This document shows positions 9,962-21,632 of a stretch of DNA of 64,000 nt, piece by piece. The first letter of the stretch is position 1, and every line of letters begins with the position of its first letter. The DNA is from Chloropicon primus. Its lineage: Eukaryota. The stretch is taken from positions 186,001 to 250,000 of the forward strand of contig CP060756.1 of NCBI GenBank assembly GCA_023205875.1, in the 5' to 3' direction. The notes under the pieces are model-generated. The model was not told the origin of the DNA. It was given only the letters and a program-made list of their open reading frames with translations, and made no database searches. The position numbers and the translations under genes are program-made.

Positions 9962-11654
9962 ATGAGGTAAGGAACACGACGGAGCGAATACCTTGACCTT
10001 GACCTTGCCGAGGACGAGGACGAGAACACGAGCGCGTCGTCGGTCGCGGCGGAGAGAGGGAGGGAGGGAGGGGGTCGGTGCCCCGAAAGAAAGGGGGGCT
10101 CCTTCGAGGGAGGGCGTCTGATCCCTTGGGCCGAGGACGTCGCTCCTTCCGGAAGGGGGATTGACCGCCCGTTCCGCCCGAACCGAACTCGGCCGCCCGC
10201 GCGTGGGGGCGACACAGAAACCTTCCGAGGGACGACAGAAACCCCGACGGACAAAGAGAGAGAGAGAGAGAATTGTCGTCGCTTGCCTAGGTGGTTTGGG
10301 ACGGGCGCTGACGTTCGTTCGTTCGTTCGCTTTTTTTTTGGTTTGCGATACGTTCGAACCCTCGCGCAGCACTAAAGAAGAAAAACCAAGCCTTGGAGGT
10401 GTTCGCATCAGACAGAGAAAGCGTAACATCAATGTTCCTTTAGACCCCGCCTCGTTCGCCGAGTCTTTGCTCGATATCTTCACGGCCGCAAAGGAAGCTG
10501 GAGACGGCAATGTAGACTCGGCTCTCGAGCATGCCCTCGCGGGCATCGACCAGTCCGACTTGGACTACAACCGGTACGGTGAGACCTTTTTTGAGGTCGT
10601 CTTCACCGGCTGGATTCTTGGGACCTCGAGCAACGACAAGGGGAGGGAGGACGATGGCCTGAACCTGAACATCCTTGCCTCCGGGGGCACGAGGGAGGAG
10701 ATCATCCCTTACGTCAGGTTCATGCAGATGATCATGAGGAAGAAGCCCTTCCTGGTGAAGGGGCTGGAGGCCACCCTGTGCAAGCTCCTGAGGCAGCTCG
10801 AGTTCTTCGACGACGCGGGCAAGGCGAAGCTGGCGATTTCCACCGCCCTCGTCTTCAACATGAAGCTCGGCCCGCTCCCGGAGCAAGTGATGCAGTCGCT
10901 CCTTGACGACGCCAAGGTTAACAAGGGCACCTCCCTTGAGTTCCTCACTCAGTTCTGCAAGGAGTTCCTGAGCAAGGACCCCATCGAGGAGCTCGACATG
11001 CTCTTCAAGAGGGCGAGACTGGACAACAAGATGCTCGCCTTCTTCCCTCAGCAGAAGAGGTCGATCGACCACTTCAACACCTACTTCACCGAGTCCGGCC
11101 TCGTGCAGCTCGTGGAGCTCAACAAGAAGCGCTTCAGTGACGCGAACCTGAACCTGCTGGAGAACGAGCTCAAGACCCACATCAAGGAGGAGGGCAGCGT
11201 GAAGGAGGGCTTGGAGATCACCACCACGAAGATCGAGGAACTCAAGCTCGACGTGATGGACGTCCTGCCCGTCATGTGGAGGAGCATCATGGACTCCGTG
11301 CAGAGGTCCAACAAGTCGTCCACCCAGCAGCAGACCCACCAGGCCGTGATCAAGTTGCTGAGGACCTGGATCAAGTTGTTCCAGACCCACTGCGCGACTT
11401 CGAGGCAGGAACTCAAGCTGATGAACACGATCCAGGAGTACTGCTACCAGGACACCGCCATCCTGAAGCTCTTCCCGCAGATCATCAAGCTCTTCTACGA
11501 CGCCGACGTCATCGCGGAGGATACCATCCTGATTTGGCAGAAGCAGGGCAGCAGCCCAAAGGGCAGGCAGGTGTTCCTCAGGGACATGGAGCCCTTCATC
11601 AAGTGGCTCCAGGAGGCCTCCGAGGAGGAGGAGTCCTCGGACGACGAAGAGTAG
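9962..11654 (+). CDS. BZW: Basic leucine zipper and W2 domain protein / eIF5-mimic protein; two exons
   Basis: Micro-exon ATGAG 9962-9966, intron 9967-10369 (GTAAGG...GCTGAC...CGCAG), exon 2 10370-11654, giving MSTKEEKPSLGGVRIRQRKRNI. C-terminal W2 domain (DVIAEDTILIW...FIKWLQEASEEE). Confidence 0.9.
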
Positions 11655-11955
11655 GTGCGCGGCGGTCTGCGGCATCATATTAAACGACACACACGCATAC
11701 ACATAATAAACCTTAACTTTTAAGCTCTTTTATGAGGAGGTTCTATTCGTTCTAGAGACGAGACAGGCAGTGTCCGTGTCCACACACTCCTCCCCCTTTT
11801 GGTTTCCCTCCCCCTCTGGAAAAAATATCCAGAGGAGATCTCGAGGTCACGGGGGAGAGGAGCGGCCTCAGTGGCCACAGAGACACAGAGAGAGGAAGAG
11901 AGAGAGAGAGAGAGAGACGCAGACGCTTACGCGGGCGCTGCAGGTGACGTGAGCG

Positions 11956-14900
11956 ATGAAAACGACGGCGTGTTCGAGGCGTGGTGTGGTCAGCGTGAGG
12001 GCTTCGAAGGGGAAGGAGCAAGGGAGCGCTCATCGGAACCTCGTCGCGAGCAAGGGGAAGAAATCTTCTTCATCTTCATCTTCATCTTCTTCGACTTCTT
12101 CCGTGAAGAAGGTGGAGGGGGGGAGGAGGGGGGAGAAGGGCCTGATCGCGGTGGTCGGGGACGCGGCGGTCGTCCCGCCGGCGAGGTCGGGGGTGGCGGG
12201 CCAGATCCTCGGGGTTGCCGTCGTTGCTGCTGCGGCGGGCGCGGCCGTGGGGACCTTCGTTCAGAAGAAGCTCGCAGGGAAGGGGAAGGAGGAGGAGGAG
12301 CCGCTCGGCGTGCCCCTCGCCCTCCCCTCCGCGAGCCTGCTGCCGAAGGACTCCGCGGCCCTCGCGGAAAACATCGGGTGAGTGGCACTCGGGATCAGAC
12401 ATCCGTTAGTTTTTTGTTTTTTTGGGGGGGCACGTGAACTCTGACGTTTCGCGCGCGTCTCCTTCTCTTCTTGTGATCTGGGCAGGTACCACTCCAAGTA
12501 CACCGCCGGCGGGCTGCCGCTGCGGTTCACGCTGCCCCAAGCGTACCAGGCGACCGCGCAGAGCGTCGGCGAGAGGCTTCTGGAGCGCTGGGACACCACC
12601 TTCAACAACTTTGAGACGGAAAACCCGAAGATGGCGTATTACTTGTCGATGGAGTACCTCCACGGCAGGACCCTGAGCAACGCCGTGAACAACATCGGGC
12701 TGCACGGAGAGTACAAGGACGCCCTCCTCAAGTTCGGCCACAAGCTCGAGGAGGTGGAGAGCGAGGAGAAGGACGCCGGACTCGGCAACGGTGGGCTGGG
12801 AAGGCTCGCGTCTTGCTTCATGGACTCGTGCGCCTCCCTCGACCTCCCCGTGTGGGGCTACGGCCTCAGGTATAAGTACGGCCTCTTCAAGCAGAAGATC
12901 GAGGACGGGCTCCAGGCCGAGGTCGCCGAGGATTGGCTGGACATGTCGAACCCCTGGGAGATCAAGCGCGACCTGGTGACGTACCAGGTCAAGTTCTCCG
13001 GGGCGGTGAAGAACGGAGAGTGGGTCGCGGGCGACGAGATCCAGGCAACGGCTTACGATCTTCCCATCCCGGGGTACGACACCACCAACACGATTTCCCT
13101 GAGGCTGTGGAACGTGGAAGCCGAGTCGGGACGGTTCGACCTCAAGAGCTTCAACGACGGGGACCACCTCTCTGCGCACAAGTCCCAGATCAAGGCCGAA
13201 GACCTGTGCTCCGTGCTCTACCCCGGCGACGACAGCGCGGAGGGGAAAGAGCTGAGGCTGCGCCAGCAGTACTTTTTGTGCTCGGCCTCGATGCAGGACA
13301 TCGTGGCCACCTTCAAGAGGCGCCAGACGGCCCAGGTGGGCAAGATCAACTGGCAGTCTTTCCCAGAGAAGGTCTCCGTCCAGATGAACGACACCCACCC
13401 AGCGCTCAGTGCTCCGGAGCTCATGAGAATACTGATCGACGTGGAGGGCTTGGACTGGAAGACGGCTTGGAACATCGTCAAGAAGACGTGCAACTACACC
13501 AACCACACGATTCTCCCGGAGGCCCTGGAGGCCTGGAACATGGAGATGATGGAATCCCTCCTGCCAAGGCACATGGAAATCATCACGAGGATGGACAAGG
13601 AGTTCAGGTCTTCCTTGAGGAGGTCCTCAGGGGAGTCCATCGAGGACTTTCAGGCCAGGTTGGAGAACATGGCCATCCTGAAGAATGTGGACCCCGTGAC
13701 CCTGAGGAAGCCCGAGAGGAAGGCCAGCATCAAGGTCGGGTCCAAGCTCTCCGCAGCGGCTGTGGTGGCCAAGGAGGAGCAAGACGAAGCTGAGGAGCCT
13801 CTTCCCGATCCAGTCGTGAGGATGGCAAACATGAGCGTGATCAGCGCGGCTCACGTCAACGGGGTGGCTGCGATTCACACGGAGATTGTCAAGGCGGAGA
13901 CCTTCAACGACTTTTACAACTTGTGGCCCGAGAAGTTCCAGAACAAGACCAATGGCGTCACCCCAAGGAGGTGGCTCGCGTGGTGCAACCCTGCCCTGAG
14001 CAAGGTGATCACCAAGTGGCTGGGAACTGAGGAGTGGATCTCCGACTTGACCTTGCTCAAGGGCCTGGAGAAGCACGCGGAGGACCCTGCGTTGAAGGCG
14101 GAGTGGGTTGAGGCCAAGACGGCCATGAAGGTTCGCCTCGCGGAATACGTCAAGGAGAACACGGGGTACGACATTCCCCTCACCTCGATGTTCGACACGC
14201 AGATCAAGCGCATCCACGAGTACAAGAGGCAGCTGCTCAACATCATGGCGGTGGCCTACAGGTACAAGAAGATCAAGGCCATGAGTGCGGCGGAGAGGAA
14301 GGACGTCGTGCCAAAGGTTGTGATGATCGGAGGAAAGGCCTTTGCCACTTATGTGCAGGCCAAGAGGATCGTCCAGCTCATTGTCGCGGTCGCCAAGACC
14401 GTCAACAACGATTCTGAGATCGGTGACTTGCTGAAGGTCGTCTTCATTCCGAACTACAACGTTTCGGTGGCCGAGGTGCTCATCCCTGGGACTGACATTT
14501 GCCAGCAGATCAGTACCGCTGGAATGGAGGCCTCTGGAACTTCGAACATGAAGTTCATGATGAACGGGTCCCTCACCATCGGGACGCTGGACGGCGCCAA
14601 CGTTGAGATTCGCGAGGAGGCGGGGCCGGAGCACTTTTTCCTCTTCGGAGCCACCGAGCCAGAGATCCCTGGCATCCGCGAGGACAGGGCCGCGGGAAAG
14701 TTCGTGCCTCCCCCGACATTCGCGGAGACCATGGACTACATCAAGTCCGGGGTCTTCGGCGGGGAGACCTTTGAGGAGCTCTTGGGGTCCCTCGAGGGCA
14801 ACGAAGGCTTTGGGAGGGGCGATTACTTTTGCGTGGGGCACGACTTCCCCAGCTACGTCGAGCAGCTGGAGGCGGTCGATGAGCACTGGAAGGATCAGGA

Positions 14901-15024
14901 CAAGTGGGTCACCAGCAGCATCATCAACACGGCCAACAGTGGCAAGTTCAGCTCCGACCGCACGATAGACCAGTACGCCAGGGAGATCTGGGGCGTGAAA
15001 CCTCACGCTGTTCCAGAATTGTAA
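11956..15024 (+). CDS. PHO1: Plastidial starch (alpha-glucan) phosphorylase; two exons
   Basis: Exons 11956-12377 and 12486-15024 (intron GTGAGT...GGCAG). YYLSMEYL, GLGNGGLGRLASCF, PLP site EASGTSNMKF, FSSDRTIDQYA; Ser/Arg-rich transit-peptide-like N-terminus. Confidence 0.93.
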
Positions 15025-15091
15025 ATGGTTTGATTTTTTTTTTCCATGATTCTTTCGCCCTTGGGCGCCCAACCACACCACTTGCTATAGA

Positions 15092-15097
15092 TTGTAA
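15092..15097 (+). promoter_or_regulatory. TGTAA chlorophyte-type polyadenylation signal (representative site)
   Basis: TGTAA follows plus-strand stops at about 492, 15093, 18137, 21554, 38049, 46666, 57325 and 61629. TTACA follows minus-strand stops at about 2395, 27698, 35908 and 53273. Confidence 0.7.
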
Positions 15098-15293
15098 TAG
15101 ACCTTTAGCTCCTTGAGGTGCATGGTGTATCCATCATCATCCCTACCCTAGAGGAACCCGCCATGGCTCCAGTGCACCCTTCCCCTTCCTCCCTGGTGCA
15201 CACTCGCCTCGTTTCCGTTCCTTGGCCGTTTTCCTCATTTCTCCTCCATAAGCAAAGAGCGGGCCCCGGCGGTGGAAAGCGCTTGAAGCGAAG

Positions 15294-18097
15294 ATGCGCC
15301 GTCGACCTTGTTGTGAGGCACTGTTGCCCCTGGTGGCGCTGCTGATCTTGAGCCAGATCGCGCCAAGGGCTCACGCCATATACGCGGAGGAAGCTGGTAC
15401 GTGTTTCGTTGCGAGACCTTTTGTTGCGTTCGGAGTTCCTCGAGGGAGATCGATCGATCCCTTGTGCTTGACTATTGTGTACCGACGGACTGACTTGACT
15501 CCGGTTTGTTTGCTCCTCTCTTCGGCCTCTTCAGGCAAGCATGACTGGCACAGGGAGAACGTTGGCTTCGTCCGCGAGGCGGTTTTCCTGCCGAGCTTCC
15601 TGGACGCGTCGACGAACTTGACCACAAGGGCCGTGGCCGTCCTCGCGGAGCAGAAGATGATCTCCGTGCTGAACCAGAGGAGTGGCGCGATCATATGGCG
15701 CAAGGAGCTTGGCGGGGCCGTGGATAGCGCCGGGGTTGCGGGAAGCCAGTTGGTGACGCTGTCGGAGGGGAAGACGCGCGTGCAGAGCTTCGACTTTCGT
15801 ACGGGGGCCTTGGTTTGGGACAAGGCCGCAGAGACTGGAACGAGATCCCTCGCGAGTTCGGACGACGGAAAGGCCGTGGCCGCGGTTACGGATGCCGAAC
15901 TCATCGTGTACGGGAAGTCCGGCACAAGAGAGGAGACTGCGAGGCTCAATGCCAAGCAGGAACGTGTGGAAGCAGCCGGGAGCACCTTCGACGTCGGGGG
16001 GGTGAGCGACGCCCTGAAACGTAGCCTGGCCGCGGAGCTCGGACTTGGGCAGAAGGCTGCAATCAGCGAAGCCTACGTCCTCGGCGAAACCAAGTACGTC
16101 GTGGCTGTTGAGACCGTCCAAGGCAAGTGCACCGCCAAGGTCATCAACTTGAAGACCAAGGAGGTGGTGGACACCGAGGAGTACAAGTTCGGCGGCTCGG
16201 CGGAAAAGGTTTTCCTCACCGGTTACCAGAAGAAGGAAGGAAAGTCCGTGGGATTCAGGATCTTGCTGGTGTCTGCCGACAAGTCCCTGTGCCTGCTTCA
16301 GCAGAGTGAGGTCGTCTGGTTGAGAGAGGAGGCTCTGGCGTCCATCGTTCACACGATCGTGGTGGACTTCCCCCTGTCGGGCGAGAAGGTGGAGGCTGCA
16401 TCTGGCAAAGAGGACGCGTTCACCATTTGGGACGAGATCAACATGCAGGTTCTTGCTTTCAAGTCCTCTCTCATGCTCGCTACCCCCAAGGAGTCGCTGG
16501 ATCTGAAGGCCTTCCAGCTGGCAAAGAAGAAGACTGAACCAGCGTACTTTGATTCCAATGGCTTCAAGAAACAAATCTTGGCCTTGACCTCCGTAGGAAA
16601 GCTCTTTGCGCTCCACACCAGCGACGGGCGAGTCCTGTGGACCAAAGACCTCGGAGAAGGAGACGACTACGTCGACATGTGGGTGTACAAGCAGGACCCC
16701 TCGCACGCCGGCATGCAGATAGGAATTCTGTCCAGCAACAAGGCCAAGACGGAATCCAAATTCCTTGTCGTGGACGGCTGGAGTGGCGCCCTTCTCAGCA
16801 ACAAGTCCATCAAGTGCGCGGCTGACTCTGTGATGAAGCTGCAACCAGCTGGCTCCTCCTCCCTCCAAGCCGCCCTCTTGGCCGATTACGAGGCCTCCAA
16901 AGGTCACGTCGTGGTGGCAGATGACTCCGATCTTGGCCTGCTCGACCTGAGGTCTACTTTCCTCTTCAACGTGGACGAGGCGAATGGCGTGGTTTCTGGG
17001 TACAACCTCTCTCCCAAATTGAGCGGCGGGGACGCCACCCTCCCCCTGACCAACCTGTGGAGCCTGAAGCTTAAGGAGGGGCAGAAGATTGTTGGAACGG
17101 CCTCCCCAAACTTTTTCCAGAAGGTCTACTCGAGGACGAGGGTTCTGGGAGACAGGAGCGCCCTCTACAAGTACATCAACCCCAACACCCTCTTCGTCTC
17201 CGCGGAGAGCGTGGGCGACAAGGGAGAGCCGAAATTGACCATCTACCTCGTGGACACCGTGACCGGAAAGATGCTTTACAGCATCACCCACAAGAACGCG
17301 TGGGGTCCCGTGCACGTGGTCTTCCACGAGAACTGGATCGTCTACAAGTATTGGAACATTCAAGGGAACAGGGACGAGATGTCTGTCCTCGAGCTGTACG
17401 AGGACGAGCCCCTGAAGAACTCCAACAGCATCTCGAGCCATCTCTTCAACTTGATCACGAAGACGAACCAGAGCAACTTTGTGTCCAGCTACGCCCCCTC
17501 TGCGATCCGCGTGCTGGGGCAGAGCTACGTCCTCAGCCTCCCCGTCAAGACCATGACTGTGACGACCTCGTCTTTGGGAATCACTGCAAACCAGGTGCTC
17601 GTTGGCACCCTGTCGGACCAGATTTACGCGATTGACAAGAAGCTGCTGGACCCAAGAAGGCCTGTGAAGCCCACGAACGCGGACAAGGAGGAGGGACTGA
17701 TCCCCTACAACGAATTCCTGCCCATCGCTCCCCAGAAGTTCATTACGTACACGCACCAGGTGGCAGGCCTGAGAGACATCCAGTGCTTTCCCACGAGGAG
17801 GGAGAGCAGCGTCCTGGTGTTTGCTTACGGTGTCGACATGTTTTACACGAGACTGGTAAGTCCCTTGGCAACCCCTTTCTCTCTCTCTCCGCCACCAGAG
17901 GAACGACTCTTGCTGACACGCTTTTGCATTTCTTTTCTTACATTACAACGATGAAGATGCCTTCCAAGTCTTTCGACATGCTTGAAGACGATTTCTCCTA
18001 CTCTTTGCTGGTCACAACAATTCTGGGCTTGCTGGTTGCCACGTTTGTAGTCCGCTCCAGGGTGCAGAAGGACAACTTGAAGCGAAACTGGATGTGA
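15294..18097 (+). CDS. EMC1: ER membrane protein complex subunit 1; three exons
   Basis: Signal peptide then AIYAEEAG/KHDWH; RVLGDRSALYKYINPN, EEGLIPY, PSKSFDMLEDDFSY plus C-terminal TM. Introns 15397-15534 and 17856-17956. Confidence 0.92.
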
Positions 18098-18161
18098 CCT
18101 TGAGGGTTGTTGGGGGTCAGCCAACCTTTGCCGCGTGTAAATCCCCTTTGTACATAGATAT

Positions 18162-19031
18162 CTATATGAGCCTCGTCCAAGTCACGAAAGCCACGGCTTT
18201 CATCCGCCACGCTTGGTACTCCTTTGCCATCGCAAAGATGCCATCAACGGGTTTGATCAGATCGCCATCGAACGCGTTGCCCAGGTGGTAGTGAGCCATC
18301 GTCCCGTGCTTTTCTTGCCGCCCCCTCGCCCCGTCTCTGATTTTTCGCCGGCACCTCGCCCCCCTGGACCACTCCCTCAGCATCCGGGCGGCCTGGCGCT
18401 TCCCCCAAAGCTTCTCGGCAATCCTTCCCTTGGTCTCCTGGCGAGTCAGGTAGGCTCTGAAGTGGGATTGGATGCGCAAGGCCGCCGAGAGCGTCCTCCG
18501 ACCCGCCAGGATTCTCCTGTACCGCCTCTGGATCAGCGTGGCGGCGGCCTCGGCCCTCGCTCTCCCCCCCCCGTCTCGGCGCTTGAGCTCCCCCTCCCCG
18601 AGCCCGAGCCCCGAGCGGTTCGTCACATCCCTCAAGGCTGCTCGGGGAGAGCGAGAACCTCCCCCGACGACCTCTGACCTGCTTCGGACGCCGAGGAGAG
18701 TCTCCTTGGCCCTCAGGCCCCGCTCGATGGCGGGAAAGTGGGAATATGCAGGGGACGAGGAGTCCGGCCATTTCTCGGCGGTCCGACGGGAGGAGGTCGA
18801 CGCGGAGACCACACAGTCCTCGATCTCGCCCGCGAGGACAAGCCCCCTCGCCATGATGTCCTCGATGTCCCGGTCCAGGCCCGCTATGCAGCGCTTGATA
18901 GCCCGGAGCTTGGCCCCCGCCCGGACCATCTCCGCGTCCCCACCGTCAGGACGGTGAAGGTGAAGTTGTTGGTCGTGTCCCCCCAGGGACGCGACGCTTC
19001 GCCCGCGCACGCCCATCCTCGAGCAGTCCAT
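18162..19031 (-). CDS. IQ-motif (calmodulin-binding) protein
   Basis: AATLIQRRYRRILAGR, AALRIQSHFRAYLTRQ and a degenerate third motif; D-box-like RAALRDVTN. Start estimated at ATG 19031. Confidence 0.6.
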   Translation of the reverse strand: MDCSRMGVRGRSVASLGGHDQQLHLHRPDGGDAEMVRAGAKLRAIKRCIAGLDRDIEDIMARGLVLAGEIEDCVVSASTSSRRTAEKWPDSSSPAYSHFPAIERGLRAKETLLGVRSRSEVVGGGSRSPRAALRDVTNRSGLGLGEGELKRRDGGGRARAEAAATLIQRRYRRILAGRRTLSAALRIQSHFRAYLTRQETKGRIAEKLWGKRQAARMLREWSRGARCRRKIRDGARGRQEKHGTMAHYHLGNAFDGDLIKPVDGIFAMAKEYQAWRMKAVAFVTWTRLI

Positions 19032-19060
19032 CCGCGCGAGTGGGATCAGAGGAACACCAC

Positions 19061-19492
19061 AAACCTCCTGGTGTGGCGTGGTGTCCTCCCCTTCGCTCTC
19101 CTCCCCCCGTCCTCGCACCTCCTCGCCTCGCCTTGGCGCACACCTCCTTGGCCTTCCTGGCTCCTCTACCTTTCGGAGAGAGGCGGTGACCCTGGCAAAA
19201 AGGTGGTATCTTTGGAAGCAGCACAATCCTGGAAGCCCAAACCTCCTGGTGTGTCCTCCCCTTCGCTCTCCTCCCCCCGTCCTCGCACCTCCTCGCCTCG
19301 CCTTGGCGCACACCTCCTTGGCCTTCCTGGCTCCTCTACCTTTCGGAGAGAGGCGGTGACCCTGGCAAAAAGGTGGTATCTTTGGAAGCAGCACAATCCT
19401 GGAAGCCCAAACCTCCTGGTGTGTCCTCCCCTTCGCTCTCCTCCCCCCGTCCTCGCACCTCCTCGCCTCGCCTTGGCGCACACACCTCCTTG
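19061..19492. repeat. Tandem repeat, 170-bp unit, about 2.5 near-identical copies
   Basis: GTGTCCTCCCCTTCGCTCTCC recurs at 19081, 19251 and 19421. Confidence 0.95.
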
Positions 19493-19792
19493 GTTCCTTC
19501 CGCTCTCCCGCCAAAACCACAGGTCTCCACAAGAGTGTCCTCTCTATTACACCCATATATCGCAGAGGCACGTGTTTTTTTTGTGTGTGTTTTTTTGTGG
19601 CTTGGATAAGACGAGCCGTGGTTTGTCGGCGAGTGTTGTTGTTTTGGTTCACAGAGGAGAGCAAAGACCGGGAGGACCTGTCCTGCCTGCCTGTTGGGAA
19701 GGAGGGAACCCTCGCGTCTCGTCCTTGGTTTCGTTTTGTGTTCGTGTTCGTGTTCGTGTTCGTTCGTTGGAATTTGATTTTGAGGAGCAGAG

Positions 19793-21520
19793 ATGGGGAG
19801 GAGTAAGGGCAAGGGAGGGGGGAGAGGGCAGGGCTCGACGGCGAGGGTGGTGTCGAAGCAGCACGCGGAGGATGACAAGATGTTCCTGAGACGCTCGAGG
19901 GAGATCATGCGGGAGGGGAACTCGCACTTGCAGCACGGCAGGCTGGAGCACGCCAAGCTCTCGTTCGAGAAGGCCCTGCAGCTGTGCAAGGGCAACTCCA
20001 AGGAGGCGTCCCAGCTGCACAGCAGCCTGGGGACGATCTGCCTCCTGCAGCACAACTTCGAGGGCGCGGTGAAGGAGTGCACCCTGGCGCTGGAGATCGA
20101 ACCTTACGCCATCCAGACGCGCCACAGGAGGGCGAGGGCGTACGAGCTGAACGGGAACCTCATCCAGGCCCTGGCGGACGTCAGGTGGCTGGTGAAGCTC
20201 CACTCGCAGGCGCCCAAGGTGCAACAGCCTTTCGTGGCCCTCGAGAGGAAGCTGGTGGAACAGCTGAGGACGGCCTCCGCGGCGCACAAGGTCGCTCAGC
20301 TGGAGTTGCAGGAGAAGAGGAGCGGGGACGCCGCGGAGACCGTGGGCATCAAGCTCGACCGCGGGGGGGACGTGAGGCTGGTGGAGGTCAGCAGCAGGAT
20401 GAATTACGCGGAGCTCAAGGCGGTCGCCCTGGAGAAGTTCCAGGGGCTGGCGAACTTCAACGTGAAGGTGAAGGACGGCGACGGTGACGAGATCACGCTG
20501 CAGAGTCGGGAGGACGTTCGCGCCGCGCTGAAGCTGGCGAAGACCCCGAAGTTCTTCGTCTCGGAAGTGGAGGAGGCCGACGTGGTGGCGCCGCTCGACA
20601 GCGAGCTGGAGGAGACGAGGGTCGCGCCCAACTTGATGGAGGGCATCACGGAGAGCTCGCAGCAGGCCGCGGAGCCAGAAAAGCCGGAGGAGGAGGTGTA
20701 CGAGCTCGACGACTGGATGATCGACTTTGCGGAGCTCTTCAAGGAGCACCTGGGGATCGACATCGACACGCCCCTGGACCTGAGCAAGCTGGCGTGGGAG
20801 AAGTGCGCCGAGGCCCTCGACTCTGCGGTGCAGAACTCAAAATCGGAGGCCCTGCTTCGCCAGGCTGCCAACAAGTTCGAGGAGGTCATCCTCACGGCTT
20901 TGGTCAACCTCGGGAACGTGTACATGTGCATAGCGAGGAAGTACATAGACGCCAAGACGGATGAGGACGACGCGGTGGAAGAGATCAAGAAGGCCGACAA
21001 GGAGCTGGATTCGGCCAAGGGGATGTACAAGACCGCGTTGGAGAGGAAGGGCGACTTTGCGGACGCCGTGCTGTCCCTGGGGCAGCTCGAGTTTGAGAAG
21101 GGAAAGATAAGCACGTCCTTTGGCGTCCCTGAGGGGCACAAGTACTACTCCGCCCACGCGGAGGGCTACTTCCTCGACTCCATCGAGTTCTTCAAGCAGT
21201 CCCTGTCGCTCCTGGACGAAAGCGGGCCCTCTGAGGAGGAGGCCAAGGGCGGAAAGGACGGCGGAGAGAAGAGCGAAGCCAGCCTCAAGGCCCAGGCTCA
21301 GGTGATGTGGGGAAACGCCCTGTACGAGCTGTCCCAGTGCTTCGCGACGGCGAAGAAGGACTGGAAGCCCACTCTGACCCAGGCGGTGGACAAGTTCAAG
21401 GAAGCAAAGTGCAGGTCCGAGGAGGTTCGCAGTGCCCTGGACATGCACTGCGAGAAGATTGACGCGGAGGACGTGAAGGTGTACATGAAGGATTTTGTCG
21501 ACGAGGAGGAGGCAAAGTAA
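19793..21520 (+). CDS. PHOX/CLMP1-family TPR + PB1 domain protein
   Basis: N-terminal TPRs (AVKECTLALEIEP..RRARAYE), PB1 acidic motif KVKDGDGDEITL, ELDDWMIDFAELFKEHLGID, QVMWGNALYELS. Confidence 0.88.
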   Translation: MGRSKGKGGGRGQGSTARVVSKQHAEDDKMFLRRSREIMREGNSHLQHGRLEHAKLSFEKALQLCKGNSKEASQLHSSLGTICLLQHNFEGAVKECTLALEIEPYAIQTRHRRARAYELNGNLIQALADVRWLVKLHSQAPKVQQPFVALERKLVEQLRTASAAHKVAQLELQEKRSGDAAETVGIKLDRGGDVRLVEVSSRMNYAELKAVALEKFQGLANFNVKVKDGDGDEITLQSREDVRAALKLAKTPKFFVSEVEEADVVAPLDSELEETRVAPNLMEGITESSQQAAEPEKPEEEVYELDDWMIDFAELFKEHLGIDIDTPLDLSKLAWEKCAEALDSAVQNSKSEALLRQAANKFEEVILTALVNLGNVYMCIARKYIDAKTDEDDAVEEIKKADKELDSAKGMYKTALERKGDFADAVLSLGQLEFEKGKISTSFGVPEGHKYYSAHAEGYFLDSIEFFKQSLSLLDESGPSEEEAKGGKDGGEKSEASLKAQAQVMWGNALYELSQCFATAKKDWKPTLTQAVDKFKEAKCRSEEVRSALDMHCEKIDAEDVKVYMKDFVDEEEAK

Positions 21521-21632
21521 AGTAATTATATATACGTGGAATAGATGGTTTGTTGTAAAATTCGAGAGAGAGAGAGAGAGAGAGAGCCTGGCAACGAGGT
21601 TGGGCAGAATCAATCTCTCTCCAGTCCTTGCA

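Noticed and set aside
15397..15534. Apparent 46-aa insertion in EMC1
   Set aside because: It is a canonical 138-nt intron (GTACGT, CTGAC, TTCAG) that happens to be in frame and stop-free.
15531..17756. 741-aa antisense ORF and similar long shadow ORFs (10440-11702, 13627-15081, 24874-26577, 30304-31809, 43541-45088, 59469-60956, 61593-62990)
   Set aside because: They mirror real genes with strong GC3 bias, which removes antisense stop codons; none has recognisable motifs.
19032..19664. Repetitive N-terminal extension of the 500-aa IQ ORF
   Set aside because: It derives from the 170-bp repeat, whose period is not a multiple of three, so it is probably non-coding.
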